A stretch of 64,000 bases of DNA from Eledone cirrhosa (GCA_964016885.1 OZ024743.1:55428001-55492000), one strand, 5' to 3'. Shown: positions 40,304 to 56,918, counted from the first letter of the stretch. Notes: generated by a model not told the origin, from the letters alone. Translations and numbers: made by a program.

Positions 40304-41412
40304 ATATCACGTGGTTTCATCATAGCTAAACTGTGAACTGCTATTGGATAAATAAGTGTGTATTAAGTAGGCAGTTTATACGCAGACTATTTCGTTATTC
40401 GAACATCTGGAGCACTTGTCGTCGGAACCGACGTAGATCCAACAATACATTTCTCTACACTAATACGCAAATGCATTTATTTCTATATTTATATTTAAAG
40501 TACGTAACGCATTAATTTCTTGAAATTGCGGTATAGTTTTAAAAATAAGTCTTTTAATCTAATAGTGTTGGGAACATTTCCACATTGTGAATAGTTCTTT
40601 TGAAAACCATGTTTTAGGCTGACTAAATTCAAAACAATAATAGTTCAATGAAAGCCAGCATTCGACATTGTAAGTGAATTTAAGCGGAAAAATAAGAAGT
40701 TCGACGCCATAGGCAGCCATCGCCATGACTGACTTCATTATTGTCTGTAATTTATGCTTCTGCACACAATCTTGCTGAACTTTGAAGTAATTTAATAGAA
40801 CAAATATTAAAAACACCTGTAGCAAGTCGGAACCAATATTAATTGTGACGTTCACTCCAAGAAGTTTTGGCTGATCTCAGTAATTTACCAATTCGCATGA
40901 GCTGCTGCTGCTATTTACAGTGCAGATATTTTGTGCTTTGTCGACTTGAATCATATCAACCATGAATGTTTTATATATAAACACACGCGCGTGCACAGAG
41001 ACACAGACACACAGACACACAGACACACACACAGACACACACACACACACACACACTGTAATTCAGCTTTGTCACATTGTGTTTCACGCTGAATCTCCCT
41101 GAGAATTATCAGGCTGTTCCCCTTCCCGACATACGTAATTTATACTTAAATATACATCAATACACATACATTTAACATTACTGCCCGGACCTAGCCATAG
41201 AGTTTGTGACTCTCACTGTCGTCATTTGCCTAATATCCTTGCTCTTTCCACCCTTTTCTTCTCATTTATTGCATCTATAGTCATTTCCTTTACTTTCCTA
41301 TACAGCCACTTTTTTCATTACTTAATTTTGTTTTTACATATATAATATAATATTTCAATTTCAAACACACACACACGCGCACACACGCGCGCGCGCACGC
41401 ACACACACACAC

Positions 41413-41509
<97 letters not shown>

Positions 41510-41652
41510 TATATGCAAAATAATTATCACAATTGTAGACATTTAGAGTTCGCACATATTCTAACACACACATATGAACGTAAACATATATACAGTGGAT
41601 TAATATAACTATACATATATATAGTACGGGGTTCAATAGATATACACATTGA

Positions 41653-41709
<57 letters not shown>

Positions 41710-41727
41710 AAGAGATAAAGATCCCAT

Positions 41728-42005
41728 AACTATTTGTGTAGTCGTAGAAACAGCGTCAAACGGCGTATCTAGGGAACATTTAAAACCTGGTGGAGCCCAA
41801 CCCTTTCCAGGTCTGAACACAACCGATTTTTTCGATAGAGGAAGAATCGACACTAGCACTGGACTGGTACATTTTTTTATCGACCTCGCAATGATGAAAG
41901 GCAAAGTTGACACTGGCGGGATTTGAACTCAGAGCGTGCACTTGGGTGGGACGAATACCTTGAAGCATTCTATCCGACGTCTTAACGACTCTGCCAATTC
42001 GCCAC
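41728..42005 (-). mobile_element. SINE with long tail
   Basis: Core plus tRNA-like head; tail shared with 38750-38890. Confidence 0.7.
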
Positions 42006-42513
42006 CTACAGATATATATATAGACATGCACAATTTACATATTTTCCTGTAAATATGCATATTAGTACGTCTTCTCCTGAATACTACTACATTTACAAGA
42101 CTTTATAAAACAGGCAGTTACATATTTCATTGGGATTGATTGATGAGGTTCCAATATAGAGTAGAAAATCGATTAAAGTTATTCATCACTTTTCAATTTA
42201 CAAAGAAACAGGTTAATATGACATGTTTACATGGCTTTATACTCAAAGTGAATATTTATATGCACTTTTACGCAGTCTTGCTTAAACTTTGTAAGGTATA
42301 AGCACAGCTATATATTTACCGTATATTGCGAGTGCTTACTGCACAATTTAACACACACACACACACACATACATACACATGCACAATCACACACACTCTC
42401 ACACACGTATATACACTCAAACACACACACACATATATATATATATGTTAAATTGTGCAGTATGCACTCGAAATATGCGGTAAATATATATCTCTTATTA
42501 TACCCTCCGAAAG

Positions 42514-42555
<42 letters not shown>

Positions 42556-42891
42556 CACGTGATTTCGCCCTACTCTGGACAGCGTGTATATTAGCTTTCT
42601 CTCTATCCATGAGGTTAGATATGTCGGGAACAGAATCCACATTTGCTGACTGAGGATCCTGTGGGCTGTTAAACTGCACATGTCTGTGGTGAAACGAACG
42701 AGATTTGTATCAACAAACTTATAGTTATAAGGTTGGTAATTTAAAACTCTACTTCAGAGATTTGATTCTGACTTAGTTTTTTTCTATTTAATCGCTAAAC
42801 CTGTAGATATTGTTCTCCATACAGTAACGGTAAAACTCACTTGTAATAATTCTTTACACACATCTCACTGTGTAACACACTTCTCTTTGTG

Positions 42892-43025
<134 letters not shown>

Positions 43026-43520
43026 AAGTCCAAAATTAAGATAAATGAATTAAATGAATTTAATCTAAATCGAAATCATGGGTGTCATGACATAATGCAT
43101 GCGCCATATATCCTGAGAATTTAAGCTCAAAGATAAATAAATCTGAGCATATTATAATAACTAGAGATTGATTAACATATAAAAATACATGAATAATCAC
43201 AGGAGATAATCTAAACTTGCGTGTAACCGCGCATAGCTAGTTTAGGCAATATTTACCTTTAAGTGTGATTAACTTTCCTTGTATATATCCCATTAAAGAA
43301 ATATATTTCACCAATTAATCAGATGGTAAGTCACGGAAAGTGGATATTATTAGATTGTCAACAAGGAAAGGAATAATATTCAGCTAGTCGTGCTTACAGA
43401 GCTTGGTTACACGCAAGCTTAGATTATCTCCATATATATATATGTGTGCATGTATGTATATATATACACACTACTGTACGTCTGTATACATATATGTATG
43501 TACGTATACATACATACATA

Positions 43521-43571
<51 letters not shown>

Positions 43572-44338
43572 ACTAGAACATATGCATATTAACGGCTGAA
43601 CAGCCTAATTTGCATATCGAGTGAGTTCAATCGGCTGGGCACACCGAAAACGATAAATGGAATAGAATGAAACGAAATTTCATTGCTCACTCTTAGTACG
43701 GCACTTACTTAAATGTAAGTATGTATGTATACGTACATACATATATGTATACAGACGTACAGTAATATGTATATATATACATACATGCACACATATATAT
43801 ATGCACGTATCGGTTTGCCGAACATTTATTATAATGCTCGGTTTGTTTGTTTGTAAACAAACAAACAGCCCGAATTACGCCGTACAGTGTTTAGACAACC
43901 ACGTCAACTTTTTGTTCAACACTGACACAGGAACGATGTACTAGTTTCAAGCTTATTAGCTATCGTCAGCATCGTATACCTTCCTGCCAGATGGTTGAAC
44001 GTCTGAAAGTATATACTTTCCTTATGCATATTAACGGGTGAGTGTATATATATACATACTACTGTACGTCTGTATACATATATGTATGTACATATGTATG
44101 TACATACATATGTATGTACATACATACATACATACATTTAAGTAAGAGCCGTACTAAGAGTGAGCAATGAAATTTCGTTTCATTCTATTCCATATATATA
44201 TATATATATATAAATTAAAACAATGAAATAAAAAATCAGGTCATTAGAGATATACTTCACTGCTTTACGATCGTTTCTAGATGGTGATAATACATTGTAT
44301 CTATACTCAGAATAGACCCAACAACTTACAGTCGATAC

Positions 44339-44395
<57 letters not shown>

Positions 44396-44457
44396 CGTGT
44401 GTGTGTTTACATACATATATACATACACATATATACATACACATATATACATACACA

Positions 44458-44490
<33 letters not shown>

Positions 44491-44575
44491 TATATATATA
44501 CATACATACACATACACACACATATATATATATATACATGTGTGTGTGTGTGTGTATGTATGTATGTGGAAGATA

Positions 44576-44614
<39 letters not shown>

Positions 44615-44773
44615 CTCTAGGGTTCTTATATATTTGATATATATTTATCCTTATCGAGGCCTCCTTGGAGTTTAGTCTTCACATTAGTTATTATTACTAT
44701 ATATATATATATATCCTATCTTGCATCATATGTTTAGTTTCAAGGTAATCCTGTCACATAATTCCGCAGATGA

Positions 44774-44844
44774 CACCTGAGGAGATGGCCTAGTCTTCTA
44801 TCATATTCGGATGATGGAGCCGGGCCATCGAAATATGTATAGTG
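44774..44844 (+). ncRNA. Hammerhead ribozyme with extended helix II
   Basis: CAC CTGAGGA GATGGCC...GGCCATC GAAA TATGTA TA GTG, with inner hairpin TTCTATCAT/ATGATGGAG. Lies in a fragment between (TA)n tracts. Confidence 0.75.
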
Positions 44845-44904
44845 ATTTCACGGAATTAAAATTCCAAAGCAAGTTTTCCAGTCCGGCCTTCTGTTGATGT
44901 TTTA

Positions 44905-44979
<75 letters not shown>

Positions 44980-45127
44980 AAAAGAGTCACGACCCCGACA
45001 GCAGAGCTCAAGCCATCGGCTATTTCTAGAGGCGATACTACCCAAAGTATCGAGTACCCTGGTGCGTTATGGTCCACCTGGTTCCTTACCACACTTCCTT
45101 CGTTATATATATATATAAATATGTATG

Positions 45128-45203
<76 letters not shown>

Positions 45204-45387
45204 CGTGTGAGTGTCTATAAGCTAAAATACTGCCAGAAATCCATCTCAACGGCTGAAGACATGGGAGTTCTGTGTATATTTTTATTTCTATCTCTTTTTA
45301 TTTTTTGTAAAAGCTTTCCCTTCAAAACATTTATATATATATACACACATACATACATGTATATATATATATATACACACATATATT

Positions 45388-45477
<90 letters not shown>

Positions 45478-45504
45478 CATTTATATATATATATATACAC
45501 ATAT

Positions 45505-45563
<59 letters not shown>

Positions 45564-45584
45564 CACACACACACACATATATAT

Positions 45585-45626
<42 letters not shown>

Positions 45627-46086
45627 CTACTCTGAAGTTTCACCTGTGCACTCTCCACAGTCATTATTCAAACAAAATGATTGTCTTGTTTGATAATCCT
45701 GTGCGTCCGGAGCTGAAACTCATACACAATAGATAAGACGTACTCATACATATATTGACACATTCTTACTCACACAGATGCACACACAGACTGATAGACA
45801 CATACACAGTTACAATATGAAATCAACAATTAAAGAACAATGTTCACTATTTTATTTCTTTGAATTTCTTTTCATTTCATACTCCTTCCTTTTAACCAAT
45901 ATTTATACATTTATAATCTTTCTCTTTCCCCACTTCTTTCTCTGCACACACATACCTACACCTCGTTTACTCGCTCTCTATCACTATTTATATATGTATG
46001 AGCATGCATGTGCGTATGTGTGTGTGTGTTTGTATATATATATATATGAGTGTGTTTGTGTTTATATATATATATGTGCAAATATG

Positions 46087-46155
<69 letters not shown>

Positions 46156-47188
46156 TTACACACACATATTTACACACACACATACACACACACACATATA
46201 TATATTGCCAATAATTCTTGCCTTTTCCTTTGTTTCTTTACTTCATCGATTCGTCGTCTTCTTAGAATTATCTTTTGTCTCTTTTTCATTTTCTTCCTTT
46301 TTCCTTTCCCCAACTCCTCTTATTCTACTTGTGACGACAGCAATGTCATGCACAGATTCTCTCATTCATAAATTACTGCCACGAAAAACATTTCTTTTTG
46401 TCGGGTTGTTTTCGCTTCGTTTCACAGCTACCTTTGTAGGTGGCGACACACATTGTAAATTGCGAGTCACTTTGAAAAGGAGCATTGTTCACGAGAACAA
46501 AATCCCCTGAGAATAATAAACGTGACCAAGAACTGTTAATTTTGAAAATGGTTTGCAGTGGGGGGGGGGGGGGGGGAATTGGCAAAAGGCACAGATAAAT
46601 ATCTGCTGCAAACTGAGTAAATCTCACGAGATTTGGAAAGGGGGAAAATGGAAGAAGTATGTGAAAATATCGAATTATTAAAGAATTACCGTGTAAAAGA
46701 AAAGGGCAAGTCAATGATGAGAATGGTTGCTATGTTAGGTTATTTAAATATATTTGTTTCAGTATCAAAATTAGTTGCTTTATAGTGAGGGTTAAATGAG
46801 TGGGTGGTTGTTTACATTGTTCGGTGAGTGTATATTTTTTTAATACGCGAATATAATGAAGAGCCTTCAGAAAGAATATGGAAGCGGCAGGGAAGGCTTC
46901 CAGGGGGCTATGGCTGAATAAAAGTGACTAGTGTGATAAAATTTTGCTGTTTAATCATAGATGGCAGAGCTGGGTTTTCAGGGCCACCGAGAATAATTTT
47001 AGAAAGGTAGGAAAACGTCCTCAGGTCAGAAAACCTGCCTTGAGCGCCTACAACAGTAGATAACTCGTTTCATTTGATCGAGTTGTCTACAACAGTAGAC
47101 AACTCGATCAAATGAAATGTTCTCAGTTGGTATAGCTTATGAATGAAAGAATCTGTGCATGGCATTGTTGCAATATATCTATATATAT

Positions 47189-47790
<602 letters not shown>

Positions 47791-48043
47791 ATATATATAT
47801 ATGGATATATGTTTGATGATATTCAAAGAAAATATGGAAAACAATTATTGTAACTAATTCAAACGAATTAAAAAGAAACAACTACGACGGTTGGCAGGGA
47901 GACAAAAGGACAAGAACCAGGAAGACTGGAGTATTCGACTATCGTTAACAAAGATATTTTAATGAAGGACGTCTTTAATTCAATATTGATTTAGTGTAAA
48001 CTTAGTGGTTTTTGACAGGCATTATGGTATTATTATTTAACAT

Positions 48044-48233
48044 GGCAGTGGATTGGCAGTATTGGTAGAGAGTCGGACCCCATGCTTTTCAGCATAGTTA
48101 CGTCCCTTTACGGTCTGAGTTCAAATCCCGCCGAGGTTAACTTTGCCTTTCATCCTTACGGGGTCGATATAATAAAGCACAAATAATGTACTGGGTAAAT
48201 GCTGGCCTTGTGCCAAAAGTAGATACAATTATT
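48044..48233 (+). mobile_element. tRNA-derived SINE
   Basis: Same family as 21660. Confidence 0.9.
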
Positions 48234-48377
48234 ATTTGACAGGAATATATATACGTTTAGATCGATATCAAGTATATATATTGAAAAAACATGTGATTTC
48301 CTTTCGAAAAAGATTCCATTTCTTCCTCTGTTTACTCTCGTCTATCTTTCTATATCTTCTTTTATCTCTCATTCTAT

Positions 48378-48411
48378 CTTCTGATGAATGACTAGCGTCC
48401 GAAACGTTAAA
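48378..48411 (+). ncRNA. Minimal hammerhead motif
   Basis: CTGATGA at GAC tagc GTC c GAAACGTT. Confidence 0.6.
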
Positions 48412-48514
48412 ACCATTCTCTTACTATATTAAGCATCAAATTAATGTATAGCGTCATTGTACTGTATCGGTCCTCTGTGTTGTTATTTCGTTGAGTTTTT
48501 GTATGTGTGTATGA

Positions 48515-48558
<44 letters not shown>

Positions 48559-48941
48559 GAGATTGATATGGACATATGTGTGTATGTTTGTGTGTGTTTG
48601 TGTATGTGTGTGTGTGAGTGCGTATGTATACGTGTGTGCGTATACATGTATGTATATATTTATATTTATATTCATAATTATTATGCAGACCTGTGTTTGT
48701 GCATGTATATATGCACCACTGTGCATGTATTAAATGTTTATGTGTGCCTGTGTTTTGTTTTGTGCGTATTTGTGTGTGTATTTCTATGGGGGAAATGTGG
48801 CTATGTGTATGTGTATGTGTATGTGTTTGTGTATGCATGTGAATTGATAGTCAAAGTGATATGCAGAAATTGGAAGGGAATGGATGATAAATAGGGAAAG
48901 TTAGAGGTGGGAGAGAGTTAAAGAGAGACAGGAGGATGATG

Positions 48942-49078
<137 letters not shown>

Positions 49079-49319
49079 GGGAGGAGGTATGCAGCCGAGA
49101 AAGAGGTAGTAGTGTGTCTTTGTCTGAAAAGCCTTCTTTCGTTAGAAGGGATTAAAACTAGTCATCAACTCCGGCCCCCGATGAATTTGATCTGCCCTGA
49201 AATATAAACGCCATGCCAAGTCAAAGATCACTTTGAACACGCATCTACTGCAGTGAAGTGTTTTGCACTAATGGCATAGCAATCGATAAATTTTGGTCAT
49301 ACAGTCTGAAATTAAATAT

Positions 49320-49414
49320 AACAATAACAACAACAAAATGGAAACCAACAACAACGGTACCATCATCACCATCAGCATTATCAGCAGCATCATCATCTTC
49401 ATCATAATCATCAC

Positions 49415-49473
<59 letters not shown>

Positions 49474-49493
49474 CCAGCATCATCATCATCATC

Positions 49494-49539
<46 letters not shown>

Positions 49540-52500
49540 CCATCAACTTCAATTACAGCACCAGCATCAACAACAGCAACAACGGCAGCAGCAGCAATAA
49601 CACGTCACCATCAACAAGAACAATAGAAACAGTAGCAACAACAGTGATAATCGTCCCCCACCATCAACAACAAAATAACAGTACCACCCTCAACAGCGAC
49701 AGTAACAAGACCACCACCACCACCACCACCATCACCACCACGATCATCATCATCGACAACAACAACAACAATAACATCACTGCCACCATCAACAATAACA
49801 GCTCCCCTTCCAGCTACAACAGCATCACCATCAACACCAACAACATCCCCACCATCATCACCATCAACAACAATATCAGTACGACCATCAACAACAACAA
49901 CAGCATCACCATCAACAGCAACAACATTACCACCACCATCACCATCAACAACAGTATTAGTACGACCATCAACAACAACAACAGTAATAGCAGCATCACC
50001 TTCAACAACAACAACCGAACACCACCAACAGCAACAGCAATATCAGTAAGACCATGAACAATAACAGCAACAATAACAGCCCCACCACCAACAACAACAA
50101 CAACAAACAGTAACAACACCCCCACCACACACCACCATCAATAACAACTATAACAGCCCCACCACCACCACCAACAACACCACCACCCTCACGACCACCA
50201 ACGCCACCAACAACAACAACATAACCACCAACACCAACACATCAACCAGCACCACCACCAACACCAAAACCACTACCAACACCAACAGCACCACCATCAC
50301 GACCACCGCCAACACCAACAACACCACCAACAACAACACCACCACCATCACGACCACGACTACCACCAACACTAACACCACCACCATCAGGACCACGACC
50401 ACCAACACCAACAACAACACCACCACCATCACGACCACCAACACCACCACCACCACCAACACCACCACCATCACGACCAACACCAACATCACCACCAACA
50501 CCATCAACACCACCCCACCATCGCGACCACCACCATCACCACCAACGCCAACAACAACACCACCACCATCACGACCACCACCACCACCAACACCAACAAC
50601 AACACCACCCTTATCACCACCAACACCAACATCACCACCACCACCATCAACACCACCAATATCACGACGACCACCAACATCAACAACACCACCCCCACCA
50701 ACAACAACACCACCATCATGACCCCCACCAACAACACCACCACCACAATCACGACCACCACCAACACCAACAACACCACCACCACCACCATGAATACGAC
50801 CACCACCACCATCACGACCACCACCGACACCAACAAGACCACCACCACCATCACGACGACCACCAACACCAACACCAACACAGACACCACCATCACCACC
50901 AACATAACAACCACAACCAACACCAAAACCACCACTACCATCACCACCAACACCAACACCGCCACCACCACCACCCCACCATCACGACCACCACCAACGC
51001 CAACAACACCACCACCAACAACAACAAGACCACCACCACCTTCACGACCACCACCGACACCAACAATACCACCACCACCATCACGACGACCACCAACACC
51101 ACCACCACCATAACGACCACCACCAACACCACCACCACCACCACCACCATCACAACCCCCACCATCACGACCAACGCCAACACCAACACCACTACCGCCA
51201 CCATCACGACTACCACCGACACCACCAACACCACCACCACCATCACGACAACCACCATCACGACCAACGCCAACAAGAACACACCACCATCACGACCACT
51301 ACCAACACCACCACCACCACCATCACGAATACCACCAACACCAACAACACCAACCACCACCATCACGACCACCACCAACAACACCACCACTATCACGACC
51401 ACCACCGACACCAACAACACCACCACCACCATCATGACCACCACCAAAACCACCACCACCAACACCACCACCACAATAACGACCACCACCGATACCACAA
51501 CCATCACCGCCACCGTCATTACCACCACCAACAACACCACCACTATCACGACCACCACCGACACCAACACCACCACCACCACCATCATGACCACCACCAA
51601 AACCACCACCACCACCACCACCACCACCATCACGACCACCACCACCAACACCACCACTATCACGACTACCACCGACACCAAGAACACCACCACCACCATC
51701 ATGACCACCACCAGCACCACCACCACCACCACCACCATAACGACCACCACCGACACCACCACCATCACCGCCACCATCACTACCACCACCAACAACACAA
51801 CCACTATCACGACCACCACAGACACCAACAAAACCACCACCACCATCACGACCACCACCAACACCACCACCACCACCATAACGACCACCACCGACACCAC
51901 CACCATCACCAGCACCATCACGACCAACACCAACACCACCATCACCACCACCAACACCACCACCTCATCACGACCACCACCATCACCACCACCATCACGA
52001 CCACCACCACCACCATCACGACCACCACCATCACCACCACTATCACGACCACCACCAACATCACCAACAACGCCACCACTATCACGACCACCACCATCAC
52101 CACCACCATCACGACACCACCACCACCACCAACACCACCACCATCACGACCACCACCATCACCACCACCATCACGACCACCACCAACACCAACACCACCA
52201 CCACCATCACGACCACCACCATCACCACCACTATCACGACCACCACCAACATCCCCAACAACGCCACCACTATCACGACCACCACCATCACCACCACCAT
52301 CACGACCACCACCACCACCAACACCACCACCATCACGACCACCACCATCACCACCACCATCACGACCACCACCAACACCAACACCACCACCAACACCACC
52401 ACAACCACCATCACCACCACCATCACGACCAACACCAACACCACCACCAACACCACCAACACCACCCCACCATCACGACCACCACCATCACGACCAACGC

Positions 52501-53870
52501 CATCAACAACACCATCACCGTCACGACCACCACCAACACCAACACCACCACAATCACGACCACCACCAACACCACCACCACCACCATAACAACCACCACC
52601 GACACCACCACCATCACCACCACCATCACCACCACCATCACGACCAACGCCAACAGCAACACCACCACCGTTACGACCACCACCGACGCCAACAACATCA
52701 CCACCACCATCCCGACCACCACCACCACCAACACCAACACCACCATCATCACCACCAACACCACCACCAATACCACCACCATCACGACCACCACCAACAT
52801 CAACAACACCACCACCAACAACACCACCACCACCATCACAACCACCACCAACAACAAAACCATCACCACCACGACCACCACCAACACCACCACCACCATC
52901 ACGACTACCACCAACACCAACAACACCACCACCACCATCACGACCACCACCAACACCACCATCACGACCACCACCAACACCAACACCATCACCATCACGA
53001 CCACCACCAACACCAACAAGACGACCAACACCATCACGGCCACCACCAACAACACCACCACCATCACGACTACCACCAACACCAACAACACCACCACCAC
53101 CATCACGACCACCACCACCACCACCATCACGACCACCACCAACACCAACACCATCACCATCACGACCACCACCAACACCAACAAGACGACCAACACCATC
53201 ACGGCCACCACCAACAACACCACCACCACCACCACCACCAACACCAACACCACCACCATCACCATCACGACTAACGCCAACAACAACACCACCACCACCA
53301 ACAACAACAACAACAGCACCACCATCACGACCACCACCAACGCCAACAACAACACCACCACCATCACCATCACGATTAACGCCAACAACAAACAATAACA
53401 GAATAAGGATGAACAGAATATATCAACTGCTCGGCCATCATGAACTAAAGTTACATCACCAACAAGAACAACAACAACACCAACTACCATAGCACCATCA
53501 TCATCAACAGCAATAACAATAACTGTATTGGTACCGTAATTAACAACAACACGAACTGTACCACCATTAACCATAACAGAATAAAGACCAACGTAATATA
53601 TCAACAACAAGAGTATAAATAACAAAACAATAACAACAACAACAGAAACAATAACAAAACAACAATAACAACAACAGAAAAGAACTACCAAAACAACAAT
53701 AATAACAACAACAGAAAAAAATAGCAAAACAACAACAATAACAACAACAATAGAAGGAAATAGCAAAACAATAATAACAACAACAGTAGAAAATAGCAAA
53801 ACAAAAATATTAACAAAAACAACAGAAAAATATTGCAATACAACGATAATAATAACAAGAGCAACAGTAA
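49320..53870. repeat. ~4.5 kb compound trinucleotide tract (CAT > AAC > ACC > AAC)
   Basis: Direct reading; recurring accaccatcacgacc submotif. Confidence 0.95.
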
Positions 53871-54814
53871 AATGAGATGAAAATGTCAGCGATGGCTGAA
53901 ACGAAAATACCAAATTGAGAAACAAACGCAATTTTATGGAAGATGATTGAAATTAGTTCTAGAGAAATATATTCACTTCTGGCAGAAAAAAAAAATATTA
54001 TAAAAGTGAAAAAGAATTGAAAATAAAAATAATAAAATAAGGAAATAGCGTGTCACTTGGGGTAAATACGTGTAATATAAGATTAATTCAGTCTTACTAA
54101 AATAATTGATTTTATACATAATAGTCCGTGTAATATGTAAGGGCTAACTTATCGTTAGGGGGAAAAATATATTATTTCCTTTAAAAAGCTCTAGAAGCAA
54201 AGCTGTTCGCAATGTGTTAATCGTATCTAAATGGTAAGTCGTGGTCAAATCTTGTTGAATCCTTCTGGACACGAAACTGAAGCTGCCATGTTGAATTACA
54301 TCAAATCTCTATTATATCTTAGCAGACGTTCAAAGTTGAGGAGAAAGGCCAGTTATGGACACATTACAGGCGGATTTGGAATAATTTCATTCTAAACCAC
54401 TTTCTTCTCCCTCGGCAACTTAATAATTCTTCCTAAACCGATCGACATTGCATGAAAGATCAAACCACGTGACATTGAAGGAGAAAAATGAATATAATCG
54501 GGCTATAGAGTTAAAGATCTTTCACTGTTTGCTTTTAATACTCATTGGCTGAAAGATTTTCTAATATAATATCTCGGTCACAAGAAGATTTATTAACTAA
54601 CCGTCTTTCTTGGTGATGTAAGGGGCATGTGGGTGTTTACGTTAAATTGGTGTGGACGTAACTAAGTAGGATAAAAATACAAATCTCTTGCAATGGTACA
54701 GAATACTTTAAAACCATTTCAGTAGAAGAATAAATGTAAAGAAAGATTAAATAGTTGAAATAACTGAATAAATTAATTTAAATAAACCTAATACTGAATT
54801 TTTAAAGCAATAAA

Positions 54815-55130
54815 TCAAAGTGGTTAGAGCGTTGGACTCACAATCGTGAGGTTGTGAGTTCGATTCTGTGACCAGGTAGTCAGTTGTGTCCTTGAGCAAG
54901 ATATTTTATTTCCCGTTGCTCCAGTTCACTCAGCTGCAAAAATTAAGTTGCAACCTCACTCGTACCAAGCTATATCGGATTTTGCCTTTCCCTTGGACAA
55001 CAAAAAGAGAAGACTTCTTTGCATGGACGATTGCCTATCTTACAAAGAAACACCTTGACTGGTCTTATGATGCAAGGGGAACTTTATAGGTGCAAAACAC
55101 ATGGTCATTTGTGACTGAGGAGTGTTTTTA
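54815..55130 (+). mobile_element. Second tRNA-derived SINE family
   Basis: tRNA-like head gtggttagagcgttggactcacaatcgtgaggttgtgagttcgattc, then gtgtccttgagcaag...gttgctccagttcactcagctg. Related copies at ~35090-35265 (minus) and 63855-64000. Confidence 0.75.
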
Positions 55131-55131
55131 T

Positions 55132-55204
<73 letters not shown>

Positions 55205-55476
55205 TGTGTATCAAATATTGAAACCTCGGAATTTTACCATATTTAAAGAGTGTTTTTTTTACTTGCTAGCGATTTGGAAATAATCGGAATTTTTTCCATC
55301 CATGTAAGCTATCCGATTTTTCTTCGGCAATTCATCTATGTATATATATGTATATGTATGGTAAGAGTCGCTCTTCTAATAACTTTACTCTCAAATTTTC
55401 TTATGTCATTTTGCCTACATTATCGTACAAACACGTATACTGTGGATACATATGTCTAGGCAATTTCTTACCCTTG

Positions 55477-55519
<43 letters not shown>

Positions 55520-55601
55520 AATAAAGTAAGGAGCGCGGGACTGCGTATGGTTTATAATTGTTTATCCCATTAGTAAAATAAGTAGGATTACTTTGAATAA
55601 A

Positions 55602-55790
55602 TAATTGTTTCTACTTTTGGCACAAGGCCAGCAAATTCCCCAGTGTATTATTGGTACTTTATTTTATCGACCCCGTAAGGATGAAAGGCAAAGTTAACCT
55701 TGGCGGAATTTGATCTCAGAATGGCAAGGGCCGTAACTCTATGCGTCAAAGCATGGCGTCCGACCCTCTACCGATACTGCCAATCCCCCG
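55602..55790 (-). mobile_element. tRNA-derived SINE inside a duplicated segment
   Basis: Nearly identical to 23082-23270, flanks included. Confidence 0.9.
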
Positions 55791-56823
55791 TGAATGAATG
55801 TTACATAATTTGTCTACTAAATTTCGTGGCTGTTGATTATATATATTTTGCTTATTTAAAGATTCACTTCTTTAAAATTTCTGAAATCTCAACACTTCCG
55901 GTTGGCCATCGCTTAAATAAACATACTAATTTTCTCCTAATGCAGTTTATATATAATATCGTCTTTTAAAATGTATCATGGATTACGTTACTAATTAAAT
56001 AAGACAGTGTAACGCAGTCTTCGTTCAATTTCTATGTATTATATATTGTCAATTACGATTTTATTTGATGTATCATATCTACATGTATATATACCTCACG
56101 ACCCAGATGGGTAGACCTCGGCTGTATCTTTTCCTATTTACAAACTAAGATAGATGAAACCCCAAGCATACTTACGTCGAAATAGAATTTTTTCTTCGTT
56201 AGTTACACACTCTAATTACACTTAGGTGGATCTGCGCATATCTACATTTATAATCAGTTTCTATTCTTCCTTAGGTTAACCCGGCAATATTTCACTCTTG
56301 TTAAATATACATAGAACTGATCGAACACATAGCCATGGTTTTTTGGTGGGGTGCATCAGAAAATACTAGAAAATTGCAGTATTGAAGTGCCGTTCCAGTG
56401 CATTAGAGTAACTGATAACTAAATTTTATTTATTAAGAATTTAATTACTAATAATATCTATATACTTTGCCTTAGCTAAGTGTTAAACTTGGCATATTTA
56501 CTTTCACTCTAACAACCTTCTTAATTCTCATATGCTGAATTTACTGTCTTACCCCCGTTAGAGATAGTTGTAAAGATTTTCTCTCTTAATGTCTGACCGG
56601 CTTGGTCCCTACATGTTGGAATGTCATCTTACTCCCTCCCCTTTGTTCCACAGACCAGTTCAGCCATCCCACCACCTCCCCGCCGTTATGAAGGAATTTA
56701 ACCAACATCCCAAAATCATTGACCTCACGCCGTGGCAGATAAGAAAAACAAAATTTTTTTAGAATTGTTTGATTTGATACTTTTGCCTTTTTTGATTTGA
56801 CTGCATGCCCATATATGGATTGT

Positions 56824-56918
56824 ACCCCTTGATAAGTTCAGCCAGTTCCTCGCCGTCCTAATACTGCTGGGTCAGATCGAATCTAGCTGTCGAAACAGCC
56901 AGAGCTCAGCTGTCGGGT
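56824..56918 (+). ncRNA. Decayed hammerhead with long helices II and III
   Basis: ACCCC tTGATaA...CAGC...GCTG tc GAA ACAGC cagagctca GCTGT C GGGT; two core substitutions. Confidence 0.55.

Noticed and set aside
40559-40920. 98-aa ORF in unique-looking sequence
   Set aside because: No recognisable motif or consistent splice signals.
51434-53398. 654-aa Thr-rich mucin-like ORF
   Set aside because: Trinucleotide repeat open in several frames on both strands; no domain or splice evidence.
54815-54895. tRNA gene
   Set aside because: tRNA-like head continues into a SINE body; no intact acceptor stem.
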